Of a stretch of 64,000 nt of DNA, positions 1-13,600 are shown piece by piece; position 1 is the first letter of the stretch; every line of letters begins with the position of its first letter. Both the position numbers and the translations under genes were made by a program. The notes under the pieces were generated by a model that worked only from the letters and a program-made list of their open reading frames with translations, made no database searches and was not told the DNA's origin. The stretch is from Macrostomum hystrix (Eukaryota > Animalia > Platyhelminthes): NCBI GenBank assembly GCA_950097015.1, contig CATNEN010000037.1, forward strand, positions 3,968,001 through 4,032,000, in the 5' to 3' direction.

Positions 1-302
1 CTCTAGGCTTACTAACAAATGTAACTATAAGTTGATCAGATTTTTACTAGGCCTAATTTAAAATTGTCATATAAAGTTAAATGACTAGCTTTTCTCTAAA
101 ATCATAAATATTCATAGAATTATAATACAAAATTTATAATTAAATTATAAATTACATCTAATCAAGATAGGCCATATATATGCTTTATATCCAATCAGAT
201 AGCTTCAGCAATTGTACAAAGATTCCAATTTCCAAAGGCAATATACTTTTGTTCAGTCTATCAAATTATAGGGATACCATGTCAACATTAATTTATAATT
301 TA

Positions 303-447
303 ACTGATACCCATTTTACAGATGTGTGTAATGAAAAGATAAGGCATTAAGTGACTTGCTAAAGTGTGCAAATCATTTCCCCAGGGCTTCAATTCAAACT
401 CCAGACCCTCTTAATCAAGAGTCCAAAGCTCTAACCATTTAGCTACT
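303..447 (-). mobile_element. Degenerate tRNA-headed CORE-like SINE copy
   Basis: + strand cccattttacagatg...ttaagtgacttgc resembles the reverse complement of the MIR CORE; it is followed by a decayed tRNA-like head (rc tagctaaatggttagagc...ggactcttga). Similar to the copies at 4335, 49125 and 51468. Confidence 0.55.
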
Positions 448-597
448 TCAAAGGTATACATTGTGATCTTATGGCTTGTACCTAGTCCAAAACTCCAATT
501 CTAATCCCAAAATTTAAAGACTTGTAATAAAAAGATGATTGAATTCTTCAATAAATAAAAGCATTTCTAATAACCTGATTGTCTCCACCCTACACAG

Positions 598-3500
598 AGA
601 AAATATATGCGTCTCTGCCTAGGACTGAGCGTGGCAAATCTATTGTTCTTGGTGGCGATCCCAAGGGCGAAAACTTTCTCTACGTCAATGGCAACAGCGT
701 CTTCATTCGAAGCCTAAAAGTGAGAACTCGATTTATGATTTTTAAGTAAACAGTTCAGGTTTTTTGTCTGGTCCCAAAATTTGATAATGTCCCTCTCTTG
801 CAGGATCCCTACACCAAGTGTGACGTGTACACGCAGCACTCCACCGCCACTGGTGTGGCCAAGTACTCGCCTAGTGGTTTCTACATCGCCTCGGGCGATG
901 CGTCCGGCAAAGTGCGCATCTGGGACACAACCCAGGCTGAGCATGTGCTCAAAAACGAATTTCACGTACTTGGCGGCCCAATTCGCGACCTGGCCTGGAC
1001 ATCGGACAATCAGCGCCTCGTCATTGTTGGCGACGGTCGGGAGAAATTCGGCGTCGCCATCCTCGCCGACAGCGGCGCCTCTGTCGGCGAAATCCTTGGC
1101 CACTCCAAGGCCATCAACTCCGTCGACATGAAGCCCCAGCGGCCCTTCCGCGCGGTTACCGCCTCAGAGGACTTTGTTGTCTGCTTCTTCGAGGGTCCGC
1201 CTTTCAAATTCAAGAAGCAGAATGACGAACACACCAACTTTGTTAATGCCGTCCGCTACGCACCCAGCGGCGACTTGTTTGCCAGCGCCGGCAGCACCGG
1301 CCGCATCCTTCTGCACGAAGGCAAGACCTCGGAGTACATTGGCGAAATCGGCGACCCGGCTCACAAGGGCGGCATCTATTCGTTGGCCTTCAGTCCGAGC
1401 TCCGACCGGCTTCTGTCTGTCAGCGCCGACAAGACCGCCCGGCTGTGGAATGTGCAGGATCGGTCGCTTGTTGGTAAGATCTGTTCAACTTGATTTACTA
1501 ATACCTGTTAAACATCCGAAAATGAGTGTCATAGTTCCCACCTACCTGTTTAGCAACACGAAATGAGTGTCATAGTTCCCACCTACCTGTTTAGCAACAC
1601 GAAATGAGTGTCATAGTTCCCACCAACCTGTTTAGCAACACAAAATGAGTGTCATAGTTCCCACCTGCCTGTTTAGCAACACAAAATGAGTGTCATAGTT
1701 CCCACCTACCTGTTTAGCAACACAAAATGAGTGTCATATTTCCAACCTACCTGTTTAGCAACACAAAATGAGTGTCATAGTTCCCACCTACCTGTTTAGC
1801 AACACAAAATGAGTGTTAAGTGTTAGTAAAGTTAGAATATTGTTAATATAGTTAATCAAAAAATATTTACGACAATTTTAAGTCTAACTTTAAAACGCAT
1901 TTCTAAAATCATTTTTAGCGGAATGGTCGTTTGGCAACACAGTCAACGACATGCAGGTGAGCTGTCTATGGTGCGGCGACTACATAGTGACAGTGTCATT
2001 GGACGGCAGCCTGAACTTTCTGGACCTGGCCAATCCGGGCAAGCCGGTCCAGGTGATCTCCGGTCACAGCAAGCCAATCACAGCGCTTGGCCGCAGCGCC
2101 GACGGTAGTAAGCTGGTTACTGGCAGCACTGACGCCTCTCTGATAGTCTGGGAATCCGACACGGGTCGGATGCGTCGGGTGACTGGATTGGTTCACAAAA
2201 ACCAGATCCAAGCTTTGGCCGTAGACAATGCCGGCACTATTTACTCGGTTGCTATGGACGACACTTTGCAGGTGTGCACTTTAGAGTTTCATTTTTAAGG
2301 GAAAGAACGGAAAAAACTGTCTTTTAGATTTTTTGCAGACGTCCTAAAAATAGAACTCGCTGATGATAAGGCATTTGTTTGTGCCAAAAATAGCCCTTCG
2401 CCGTTGCTCCGTACTAATGCACATTCGTCCTTCTATATATGGAATTACTAGTAAACCAAGTACAAAACTCTTCATTACTATATTTGGAAATCATCAGAGG
2501 AAAATAGAAGCTTTGGTCTTGTCATAGCACTTCATTAAGTGCGCTGTCCTTAGCATAGAGCTATGCTAAAATGGGAGCTTGACATGTTTTTAGACTGACT
2601 GGCTGTTTAATTGGCTACTAGTGTGACTGGCTGTTTAATTGGCTACTAGTGTGACTGGCTGTTTAATTGGCTACTAGTGTGACTGGCTGTTTAATTGGCT
2701 ACTAGTGTGACTGGCTGTTTAATTGGCTACTAGTGTGACTGGCTGTTGGATTGGCTACTAGTGTGACTGGCTGTTTTATTAGCTACTAGTGTGACTGGCT
2801 GTTAAATCGGCTACTAGTGTGACTGGCTGTTGAATTGGCTACTAGTGTGACTGGCTGTTCAACTGGCTACTAGTGTGACTGGCTGTTGAATTGGCTACTA
2901 GTGTGACTGGCTGTTTAATTAGCTACTAGTGTGACTGTCTGTTTAATTAGCTACTAGTGTGACTGGCTGTTTTATTAGCTACTAGTGTGACTGGCTGTTA
3001 AATCGGCTACTAGTGTGACTGGCTGTTGAATTGGCTACTTGTGTGACTGGCTGTTCAACTGGCTACTAGTGTGACTGGCTGTTGAATTGGCTACTAGTGT
3101 GACTGCCTGTTCAACTGGCTACTAGTGTGACTGCCTGTTCAACTGGCTACTAGTGTGACTGGCTGTTTAATTAGCTACTAGTGTGACTGGCTGTTTAATT
3201 AGCTACTAGTGTGACTGGCTGTTTAATTAGCTACTAGTGTGACTGGCTGTTTAATTAGCTACTAGTGTGACTGGCTGTTGAATTGGCTACAATTGCCATT
3301 CCCGAATTTCTCTCAGGTGTCGAGCATTGCCGATGGCGCCGTTCGCGCCGACTCTCCAGCGCCGCGGAAGCTCGAGAGCCAGCCAGTTGACGCTAGTGCC
3401 GCTGCCGATTTAATCGCTATCGCCTGTCGACAGCACGTGTTGCTGATGCGTTCCGGTGGGGCGGTGGTTGCTACGGCAACCGTGCCCAGTCAGCAGCCTA

Positions 3501-4192
3501 TGAGCAGCTGCGCCCTGTCGCCGGATGGCGCTACTCTCGCCGTTGGCAGCGCCGATACCAAGTCGCCAATCAAGCTACTGTCAACATCGTCCCAGTTAAA
3601 GGAGTTGCAGGTGGTATCTGAGCACCCGGCCGAGGTGACCGCTCTCGCCTATTCTCCAAACGGAGCCTACTTGGCTGCCGGCTTTACCGATCGCTACGTG
3701 CGCGTCTACTCCGTTGCCAATGGTTACGAGTTGGCTAACACCGAGGATTGGTGCTTCCACTCGGCCAGGGTGAACTGTCTGGCCTGGACTGACGACTCCA
3801 AGTATTTGGCCTCCGGATCTCTTGACTGCTCAATCATTGTGTGGAGTATGGACACGCCTAAGAAGCGTATCGTTGCCAAGAGTGAGTGCGCTATATGTAA
3901 ATCCTGTTTTTAATCACCTGATTTGTAGAGTTACCGCGTTCTAAAATTTGATGTTTGTAATAAATGATATCCTAGATGCCTAACCCGAAACCCAGAAGGG
4001 CCTGTAGTCATTTAATCGTCTTACTCAATAACACTGCTTTTCCCCCTTCTCTAACTCCTGACGTCTCCTACCTCCATTGCAGACGCCCATCCAATGAGCC
4101 AGATCACCAAACTGGCCTGGACTGACCCTAATCACCTGGTGTCTACTGGCCAGGACTCCAACATCAAGGTCTGGAAGGTGGCCTTCGAGTGA
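598..4192 (+). CDS. WDR1: WD repeat protein 1 / actin-interacting protein 1 (AIP1); first few codons lie upstream and were not found
   Basis: Exons 598-719, 804-1473, 1919-2271, 3317-3881, 4083-4192; all GT-AG with consistent phases, ~606 codons. Translation KIYASLPRTERGKSIVLGGDPKGENFLY, SGDASGKVRIWD, GHSKAINSVD, FEGPPFKF matches the AIP1 double beta-propeller; stop TGA 4190-4192. Confidence 0.95.
1520..1815. repeat. 41-bp minisatellite (~7 units) in WDR1 intron
   Basis: Unit aaatgagtgtcatagttcccacctacctgtttagcaacaca. Confidence 0.95.
2595..3292. repeat. 28-bp minisatellite (~25 units) in WDR1 intron
   Basis: Unit gtgtgactggctgtttaattggctacta. Confidence 0.95.
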
Positions 4193-4334
4193 TTTCATGA
4201 GTCTACTCATCGGTTTTTTTGGTTAACGCTCCTACTGTCTGCCAATATAACTGTTTTTATATATGTCTAGTTAAAGTTTGTATTCAAATTAGAAGACACA
4301 TGCGTTGCTAATCATAATAATTAATAATTTTACA

Positions 4335-4631
4335 CCACTCCCGATTGGATCAGATGTGCAGCCGACAGCACAGCCGCAGCTGCTGCAGCTACTAATGCGC
4401 GGTGCATCTGAATGCTGCGTACGGCTGTTCAGTCCATGCACTGGGTGTGGGGCACACCCACTCTCTTTTACCACACCTAATGCTGGTACCCATTTAGCAG
4501 TTGGGTGAACTGAAGCAATGCAGAGTTAAGTGTCTTGCTGAAGGACAAAAATAGTTCCAATGGAGTCTGGAATCGAACCCACGACTCTTCAGGTCGTGAG
4601 CCCGACGCTCAAACCATTGTGCTAAAACTCC
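4335..4631 (-). mobile_element. Full-length tRNA-derived SINE with CORE-like central domain
   Basis: Minus strand: A-box TAGCACAATGG, anticodon-like loop CTCACGA, B-box GGTTCGATTCC, then gtccttcagcaagacacttaactctgcattgcttcagttcacccaactgctaaatgggtacc (CORE-like), a conserved 3' region and an AT-rich (tta)n-like tail. Confidence 0.8.
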
Positions 4632-5359
4632 ATTTTTCAGCCTAAAAGTCAATTCAAATACAAACTCGCATCTCATGTGAGTGCTATGACATTTCGATTA
4701 GTATTTCAGCAGTCTGTATCTTTAAACAAACACTACACTGTACTATTCACAAAAATTACTTGTTTTTATAGTTTGCAGTTTTTGAAAATGTTTAGCCAGA
4801 ATGAATGGTTAAATTGTGAATTTCTAAAAAATTACTGATTTGAGTTTGGTCGTCGATTTGCCAATAGTTTGTATCCGCGGATAGCCTGTTATTATCCCTG
4901 TGTGTCAGTTTTCTGCCAAGCTATAAAATCACTCAAGCACTAAACTAGCTATTTAGGCATGATGAATATTTATTGTTCTATATTTCAAACACCCGCCCTT
5001 ATTTAGATTCCGCTTGGCATTGTGATGCTGATTCTCTATGATTTGTTATTGATATCTAATCAGATTAAACATTTTAACTCCGGTTCAATCGATTGCAGTC
5101 GATTCTTCCCATTTTGCTACCCTACCCCCAATATTATATCAATTATACTACTGCTGATGCTGCTTTATACTACTGACCGATGCTCTGTTTAGAGTTGCCC
5201 TTCTGTGTCACTTTCTAAACAGTTTTAACAGTTCACCATATTGTTTTTTTCCTGTGTGGGCTCAGTAACCTTTTCACAATAACAATATTTTAATTAACCG
5301 AATTTCCGTGTGTTAATTTGTCATTCAGTCAGTTGCTTCTTAGGTTAGCCCAAGAGTAT

Positions 5360-5528
5360 TCACATCTTTAATAGACTATGGAATACTGGAATCACATCTT
5401 AGATAGACTATCGAATACTGGAATCACATCTTAGATAGACAATAGAATACTGGAACCACATCCTTGATAGACTATAGAATACTGGAATCACATCCTTGAT
5501 AGACTATGGAATACTGGAATCACATACT
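5360..5528. repeat. 32-bp minisatellite (~5 units)
   Basis: Unit atagactatggaatactggaatcacatcttag. Confidence 0.85.
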
Positions 5529-5685
5529 AAATATTCTGAAAGATTCTTGACCAAGGCACAAGCTTAGTGTCTTGAAGGTCATTTTACTAGCTAAAAGTAT
5601 TATTATTCAGCCGTGTGCCAGACTTGTCGCAGTGTAAAAAAAGCTGGAGTATTGCTTCGGATTGCAGCCCTAGCATCATCAAGTT

Positions 5686-7776
5686 ATGCGCCTGCTAAGC
5701 TCTCTCAGCCTGTCATGTAGACGGCTTAGCACAGCCAATGGCAGCATGATTTTCCGTCAGCTGTTCGAGCCCAAGAGCTGCACATACACCTACCTGATTG
5801 GCTGCCAGGCTTCGCGCGATGCGGTCTGCATCGATCCCGTGTTTGAAACGGCCGAACGGGACGTCAACCTCATCAGGCAGCTGGGCCTCAATCTTGTCTA
5901 CGCCATCAATACGCACGTGCACGCTGATCACGTGACTGGCAGCGGCCGACTCAAAATGCTTCTACCTGGCTGCAGCAGCGTCATTGCAGGTGTCAGCAGG
6001 GCCAGGGCCGATGTGCATGTTGAGCACGGCAGCAAGGTGTGTGGCTGACTAATGAACCTTCCTCTACTTAGCCAAACAGTTAAGTAACCAATCATAGCCG
6101 ACCAGCAATTCGAATCACCACTCCGCCAATCAGATTTGTAGCCAATTACAGCCGACCAGCAGTTCCACCCACCACTTTGTATACCAGTTTTTATCCAATC
6201 ATAGCTTAGCTGCAGTTCCACACTCCGTGTACTAGTTTTTACCAATTACAGCTCACCTGCAGTTCCCACACTCTGCCTGCCAGTTTTTAGCCAATCACAG
6301 CTAAGCAGTTCCACACTCTGCTTACTAGTTTTTAGCCAATCACAGCTTACCTGCAGTTCCCACACTCTGCCCACTGGTTTTTAGCCAATTACACCTTACC
6401 TGCAGTTCGAAACTATGCCTACCAGTTTTTAGCCAATCACAGCTTACCTGCAGTTCCCACTCTGCCTGCCAGTTTTTAGCTAATCACAGCTTACCTGCAG
6501 TTCCACACTCTGCCTACTAGTTTTTAGCCAATCATAGCTCACCTGCAGTTCCAAATTATGCCTACCAGTTTTTAGCCAATCACAGCTTACCTGCAGTTCC
6601 CACACTGCCTGCCAGTTTTTAGCCAATCACAGCTCACCTGCAGTTCCCACTCTGCCTGCCAGTTTTTAGCTAATCACAGCTTACCTGCAGTTCCACACTC
6701 TGCCTACTAGTTTTTAGCCAATCATAGCTCACCTGCAGTTCCAAATTATGCTTACCAGTTTTTAGCCAATCACAGCTTACCTGCAGTTCCCACACTGCCT
6801 GCCAGTTTTTAGCCAATCACAGCTCACCTGCAGTTCCCACTCTGCCTGCCAGTTTTTTGCCAATCACAGCTTACATGCAGTTCCAAATTATGCCTACCAG
6901 TTTTTAGCCAATCACTGCTTACATGCAGTTCCAAATTATGCCTACCAGTTTTTAGCCAATCACTGCTTACATGCAGTTCCAAATTATGCCTACCAGTTTT
7001 TAGCCAATCACAGCTTACCTGCAGTTCCCACACTGCCTGCCAGTTTTTAGCCAATCACAGCTTACATGAAGTTCCCACACTTGGCCTACTAGTTTTTAGC
7101 GAATCACAGCTTACCTGCAGTTCCCACACTGCCTGCCAGTTTATAGCCAATTACAGCTTACCTGCCGTTCCCACACTGCCTGCCAGTTTTTAGCCAATCA
7201 CAGCTTACCTGCAGTTCCCACACTGCCTGCCAGTTTTTAGCCAATCACAGCTTACCTGCAGTTCCCACACTGCCTGCCAGTTTTTAGCCAATCACAGCTT
7301 ACCTGCAGTTCCCACACTGCCTGCCAGTTTTTAGCCAATCACAGCTTACATGCAGTTCGTTCAATCCTTATTCGCAGATCGACTTTGGCCGCCTACAATT
7401 GGAGACCCGTTCAACCCCTGGCCATACAGACGGCTGCCTAACCTACGTGCTGCACAGCCACTGCATTGCCTTCACCGGCGATGCACTTCTAATCCGCGGC
7501 TGCGGTAGGACAGATTTCCAACAGGGCTCGCCGGAGCGTCTGTACGACTCTGTGCACTCGCAGATACTTAGCCTGCCAGATCACTATCTGTTGTATCCGG
7601 GGCACGATTATACCGGCCAATCTGTCACCACTGTGGCCGAAGAGAAACGATACAACAGTCGCCTAACTAAAAGCAAAGTGGAATTTGTTAAAATTATGAA
7701 CAATTTAAATTTACCCTATCCGAAACAGATAGACAGCGCCCTGCCAGCTAATATGATCTGCGGCATGCAAGACTGA
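5686..7776 (+). CDS. ETHE1: Mitochondrial persulfide dioxygenase (metallo-beta-lactamase fold)
   Basis: Exons 5686-6036 and 7378-7776 (AAG|GTGTGT...CGCAG|ATC, phase 0), 249 aa. Transit-peptide-like N-terminus, [41 protein letters not shown] and a C-terminal NMICG. Confidence 0.95.
6085..7357. repeat. 47-bp minisatellite (~27 units) filling the ETHE1 intron
   Basis: Unit cagtttttagccaatcacagcttacctgcagttcccacactgcctgc. Confidence 0.95.
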
Positions 7777-9056
7777 AATTTCTGTTACTCAGCTAACCGA
7801 TAAAATTGCCACATTTTTCATTGAGAATCATGTCTTCATCTTTATTCTGCATGTAAGCTCGTAAAAATCTCATTTATAGCTCGTATACAAAATCAGATTG
7901 CAAATCTTCGAGACTATGGCATGTTGTTCGGTTCGATGAGCAAGAATGTAGCGGTTAAATTTTTGTTTAAAAATGTACTAATGAGCGGATCAATTTACTG
8001 ACTTGTTCAATTTTCTGAGTTTACTTTTTCGATCTGCTTGTCCTGCTGGCTCATACAATTATATTCATTTAACTTTTGCCCCAAACTGATTTAAGAAATC
8101 GTACAATTTTTTACTTTTCTTGACGTTTGTTGAGCAAATTGCGTGTAATATAGTAAGTAAGGACTTTTAAAGTATAACTTAATTGGCTCTTGTACACAAT
8201 TGTTGCTTCTTGGTGCTGCAGCGAACAGTAATAATGTACTGATATATGCAAATATAAAAAACTATAGGTTTTATTGCCATTAATACTATATTCGATACGC
8301 CTCCATATTTTGGTGCTCCACTTCTGCAGTTCACAATGACTTGAAACAAAAAAATCATCGTGCAACGTACGCCCTGGGGGCAACTTCCAAAAAGCACTGA
8401 AAGTTCCCACTGCTTGACGATTTGAGTCAGGTGTGCAAACCTGTGTTTTTACATGTGTACATTATTTATTATTATTTTTTTATTATTTATTATTGTACAT
8501 TATTTTTACATTATCCGTGTGCGTGTGCTCTAGAGTTCGCGGAATGGGCAGAATGGCCTCCTCGCTGCACAATTTAACCTGAACAGTTGGGGTATAGTCT
8601 CAATAATCTCACCCGCGTTATTTTCCCTTTTGATAAAAACTATTTTATTTAATACTTTAAATCTGTATGGACAATAAACGAAACCGAAAACATGCTTAGA
8701 AATAACACATTCTGTTTCTTTTGATTTTGATTTTTTAGTAGCAATGCGTTTACTTTTGTTATGATAGACTTATTGCACAGTTTTCAAATGTACGACATAA
8801 ATCACCACTTACAACAAGGCTTGCCGCTTGCCTGCGCCATTAGAACTATACTATATACTACATGTACAAAGTATCAATCATCTGCCCGACGCTTGTCCGT
8901 CAGGCTTCATTGTGCATGCCCCATATCGCTGAACAGGCATCCTGTTTGTGTGCTTCCTCACTAGCCCAGTAATGCACAAATGCAAATGCGCTTGTCATAC
9001 TCATTACTCATAGACCCTTTCCTTGCGATGGCTACTATTAAAAACATAGTATCTAG

Positions 9057-9497
9057 GGATCCTAGACACTTCGTCATCTTACAACTTCGTCATCTTACAA
9101 CTTCGTCATCTTACAACTTCGTCATCCACTTGGAAGGTAGGACACTTCGTCATCCAGCCAATTGGCATGCTTTAAAGTTTGGTCAGTTCGTCATCTACTA
9201 ATAACAAATAAGCAATTAAGTTCGTCATCAATAAAGTGAGGGTGGGGTGGTGGGGCAGAGGTGTGAACACACTTCACATCTTAAAATGCCAAAAGAGGTG
9301 TCAAAACTGATTTCATTATAAGAGTTGAAAGAAAGGTGCCAACACGATGTGAGGAGGTGGGGAGGGGTGGTTCTGTTCTAACTTTGAAAACTTTTGTTTT
9401 ATAGATGACTAAGTGTCCACAAGTCTTAGTCTCTTCGTCATCCACCCTCTGAGATATTGGACGGATTGTCATCTGGATGACGAAGTGTCCAGGTACC
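9057..9497. mobile_element. Non-autonomous DNA transposon (MITE), Merlin-like
   Basis: Termini ggatcctagacacttcgtcatc ... gatgacgaagtgtccaggtacc (GG...CC inverted repeats); flanks gtatctag (9049-9056) and gtatttag (9498-9505) form an 8-bp TSD with one mismatch; multiple internal ttcgtcatc repeats. Confidence 0.7.
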
Positions 9498-10623
9498 GTA
9501 TTTAGCTACCCAGTATAGTGGTAGTAAATAACAAACGCCTAGTATTGTTATTTTAATTGTTACTTTAGGTAAAACACTTAGCAAAATGTGAAATGAAGCA
9601 AAGAAATTGGCAATTCCAGTGCTCTTTGTAAAACAGGTATACATATTTTTAATATGCTTATGTAAAAAGTAGCAGATTTATAGTAAAAGTGTAAATTGAG
9701 TAACAGTAAAAAGTAATGACTGTTCATTTTTTTGTTAGGCCTACCTATTTTTCATACCAAATGATTGGTACCACCATCATATTACTTTTTTGGTAACACA
9801 TTTAACATTTAGTGTATATACAAGGCATTGGGCCTTGCTGTATTAAAATTATAATATTGTATAGCTAACTAGACCCTAGAAGTTAGCATATCCATAGCAT
9901 GTATGGGTACCTAAGTTAATTCCAATATTGGCATATATAAACTAGCTATATATTACTATATAGGTAAGGAGAGTGGCTTCAAGTCAGCTATTTGTGATCC
10001 CATAGTTAGTATCACGCTATGAGTGCCTGAAAGTTATCCCAAAATATTTTAATTGGCAAGTATGCCAAGCATTATTGATTGTAAAGCCGCTTTTAGTATT
10101 CTAGAAGTATGTGAATATAGTGTCTATAGTTAGTTTGATTATTTTCTTATTCATTGTAGCTCAAGTTGTATCTATGTATTTTACATTTGAAGGACTGTAT
10201 TTACAAAGTCTGACTCTAATGTAAGAAATTTTAGTTAGATGTGAGGTCAACATAATCAATATTCTTTAGTCAATTTTCACTTTCTTATTATTTATGACAT
10301 CAAATATGCATATCATATCAGCTATCACATCACATATCATAATTCTATCTAATTTGTATTATGTATACCCAACCCTTCCCTAAACTGATAATTCTAGATC
10401 ATAGAAGTGACCAAGTTAAGTAATTATAAGTTAAACTACAAAGCCAGAATATAATTAATATTAGACTAACTGATGAATCATTATGCTTTTAGCTCGTAGT
10501 TTCTAATGCTTAACAATTTTTAACCTTTACCTTATGCAAAAATGCAATATTATTTAGATTTTTTTAATAAATCATATGACAAAATATGCTTTTTCAGTGA
10601 GTTCACCCAATCGACTATTTCCA

Positions 10624-13600
10624 ATGGCTGTCAGAACTGACTTTGAAGGTAGCAGCGACATTGGTGTATTTGCCACCTTGACAAACAAATACTGCTTAGT
10701 TGCTATCGGTGGCTCAGAAAACTTTTACTCTGTGTTTGAAGGCGAGCTGGAAGAGATACCAGTCATTCACACATCCATTGCTGGCATTCGCAGCATCGGC
10801 CGAATGACTGCAGCTAACAGTCACGGCCTGATTGTGCCATCAAACACTACAGACCAGGAGCTTCAGCATCTTGTCAATTCACTTCCAGATGGTCAGTCTA
10901 ATGATTGTTAAGTCAATTACTTCTTAGCAAAAATTACATTACACAGCTCTGTCTCTCATACTGACTGTTAAATATCTTGTCTTCAGGAGCGATCTTACTG
11001 CCCTGACTTCAGGAACATCATCTTATCAGCCTGACTTCAGGAACATCATCTTATCAGCCTGACTTTAGGACCATCATCTTATCCGCCTGACTTCAGGACC
11101 ATCATCTTATCAGCCTGACTTCAGGAACATCATCTTATCAGCCTGACTTCAGGACCATCATCTTATCAGCCTGACTTCAGGAACATCATCTTATCAGCCT
11201 GACTTCAAGAACATCATCTTATCAGCCTGACGTCAGGACCATCATCTTATCAGCCTGACTTCAGGACCATCATCTTATCAGATTGACTTCAGGAACATCA
11301 TCTTATCAGCCTGACTTCAGGACCATCATCTTATCAACCTGACTTCAGGACCATCATCTTATCAGCCTGACTTCAGGACCATCATCTTATCAACCTGACT
11401 TCAGGACCATCATCTTATCAACCTGACTTCAGGACCATCATCTTATCAGCCTGACGTCAGGACCATCATCTTATCAGCCTGACTTCAGGAACATCATCTT
11501 ATCAGCCTGACTTCAGGAACATCATCTTATCAGCCTGACGTCAGGACCATCATCTTATCAGCCTGACTTCAGGACCATCATCTTATCAGCCTGACGTCAG
11601 GACCATCATCTTATCAGCCTGACTTCAGGAACATCATCTTATCAACCTGACTTCAGGACCATCATCTTATCAGCCTGACGTCAGGACCATCATCTTATCA
11701 GCCTGACTTCAGGAACATCATCTTATCAGCCTGACTTCAGGAACATCATCTTATCAGCCTGACGTCAGGACCATCATCTTATCAGCCTGACGTCAGGACC
11801 ATCATCTTATCAGCCTGACTTCAGGACCATCATCTTATCAGCCTGACTTCAGGACCATCATCTTATCAGATTGACTTCAGGAACATCATCTTATCAGCCT
11901 GACTTCAGGACCATCATCTTATCAGCCTGACTTCAGGAACATCATCTTATCAGCCTGACTTCAGGAACATCATCTTATCAGCCTGACTTCAGGACCATCA
12001 TCTTATCAGCCTGACGTCAGGACCATCATCTTATCAGCCTGACTTCAGGACCATCATCTTATCAGCCTGACTTCAGGAACATCATCTTATCAGCCTGACT
12101 TCAGGACCATCATCTTATCAGCCTGACTTCAGGAACATCATCTTATCAGCCTGACTTCAGGAACATCATCTTATCAGCCTGACTTCAGGACCATCATCTT
12201 ATCAGCCTGACTTCAGGACCATCATCTTATCAGCCTGACTTCAGGAACATCATCTTATCAGCCTGACTTCAGGACCATCATCTAATCAGTATTTTATTGA
12301 CCCCAGATATCATATTTACTCACCATTGTCTATGGCCAATCTCTTTGCAGGCGTTGTAGTGCGTCGCGTCGAGGAGCGCCTCTCAGCCCTTGGAAACATC
12401 ATTGCCTGCAATGACTACTGCGCACTGGTGCACCCGGATCTGGATCGCGAAACAGAAGAAGTCGTCGCCGACACTCTCAAAGTAGGGCGATTACGAGGGT
12501 TGATTGGATTAGTTTCCAAAAAAAATTCATTAGGGTCCCTAAGGTAGTGAATCGTACTCTGCCCTTTTCTCTCATCTGTATCTCACCTTTCTTCAATTGA
12601 TCATCCTGTTGCCCCTGTATACTCTACCCTTACTATCTTATAAATCCCCTTACCCCCTTATCTACTACCCCTTCCCCTATCTACTCTCCCCTTACCCATA
12701 TCTACCCTCCCTTACCCCAATCTACTCAATGTTACCCCTATCTACTCCCTGTTACCCCTATCAACTCCCTGTTACCCCTATCTACTCCGTTACCCCTATC
12801 TATTCCCTGTTACCCCATCTACTCCATGTTACCCCTATCTACTCCCTGTTACTCCCTGTTACCCCTATCAACTCCCTGTTACCCCTATCAACTCCCTGTT
12901 ACCCCATCTACTCCATGTTACCCCTATCTACTCCCTGTTACTCCCTGTTACCCCTATCAACTCCCTGTTACCCCTATCAACTCCCTGTTACCCCTATCTA
13001 CTCGCTGTTACCAGTATTAACTCCCTGTTACCCCTATCTACTCCCTGTTACCCCTATCTACTTCGTTACCCCATCTACTCCATGTTACCCCTATCTACTC
13101 CCTGTTACCCCTATCAACTCCCTGTTACCCCTTTTAAATACCTGTTACCCCTATCTACTCCCTGTTACCCCTATCTACTCACAGTTACCAGTATTAATTC
13201 CCTGTTACCCCTATCTACTCCCTGTTACTAGTGTTACCCCTATCTACTCACTGTTACCCCTATCAACTCCCTGTTACCCCTATTTACTCCCTGTTACCAG
13301 TATTAACTCCCTGTTACCCCTATCTACTCCCTGTTACCCCTATCTACTCCGTTACCCCATCTACTCCATGTTACCCCTATCTACTCGCTGTTACCCCTAT
13401 CAACTCCCTGTCACCCCTATCTACTCGCTGTTACCAGTATTAACTCCCTGTTACTCCCTATCTACTCCCTGTTACCCCATCTACTCCATGTTACCCCTAT
13501 CTACTCCCTGTTACCCCTATCAACTCCCTGTTACCCCTATCTACTCACTGTTACCAGTATTAACTCCCCGTTACCCCTATCTACTCACTGTTGCCCCTAT

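Noticed and set aside
2265-3323. CAGGTGT direct repeat at both ends of WDR1 intron 3 (introner/TSD-like)
   Set aside because: Mostly explained by ordinary AG|GT splice consensus; single instance, and no shared intron family seen.
4560-4631. Possible tRNA-Val(CAC) gene
   Set aside because: The T-stem pairs poorly, and the sequence continues into SINE body shared with other copies; it is a SINE head.
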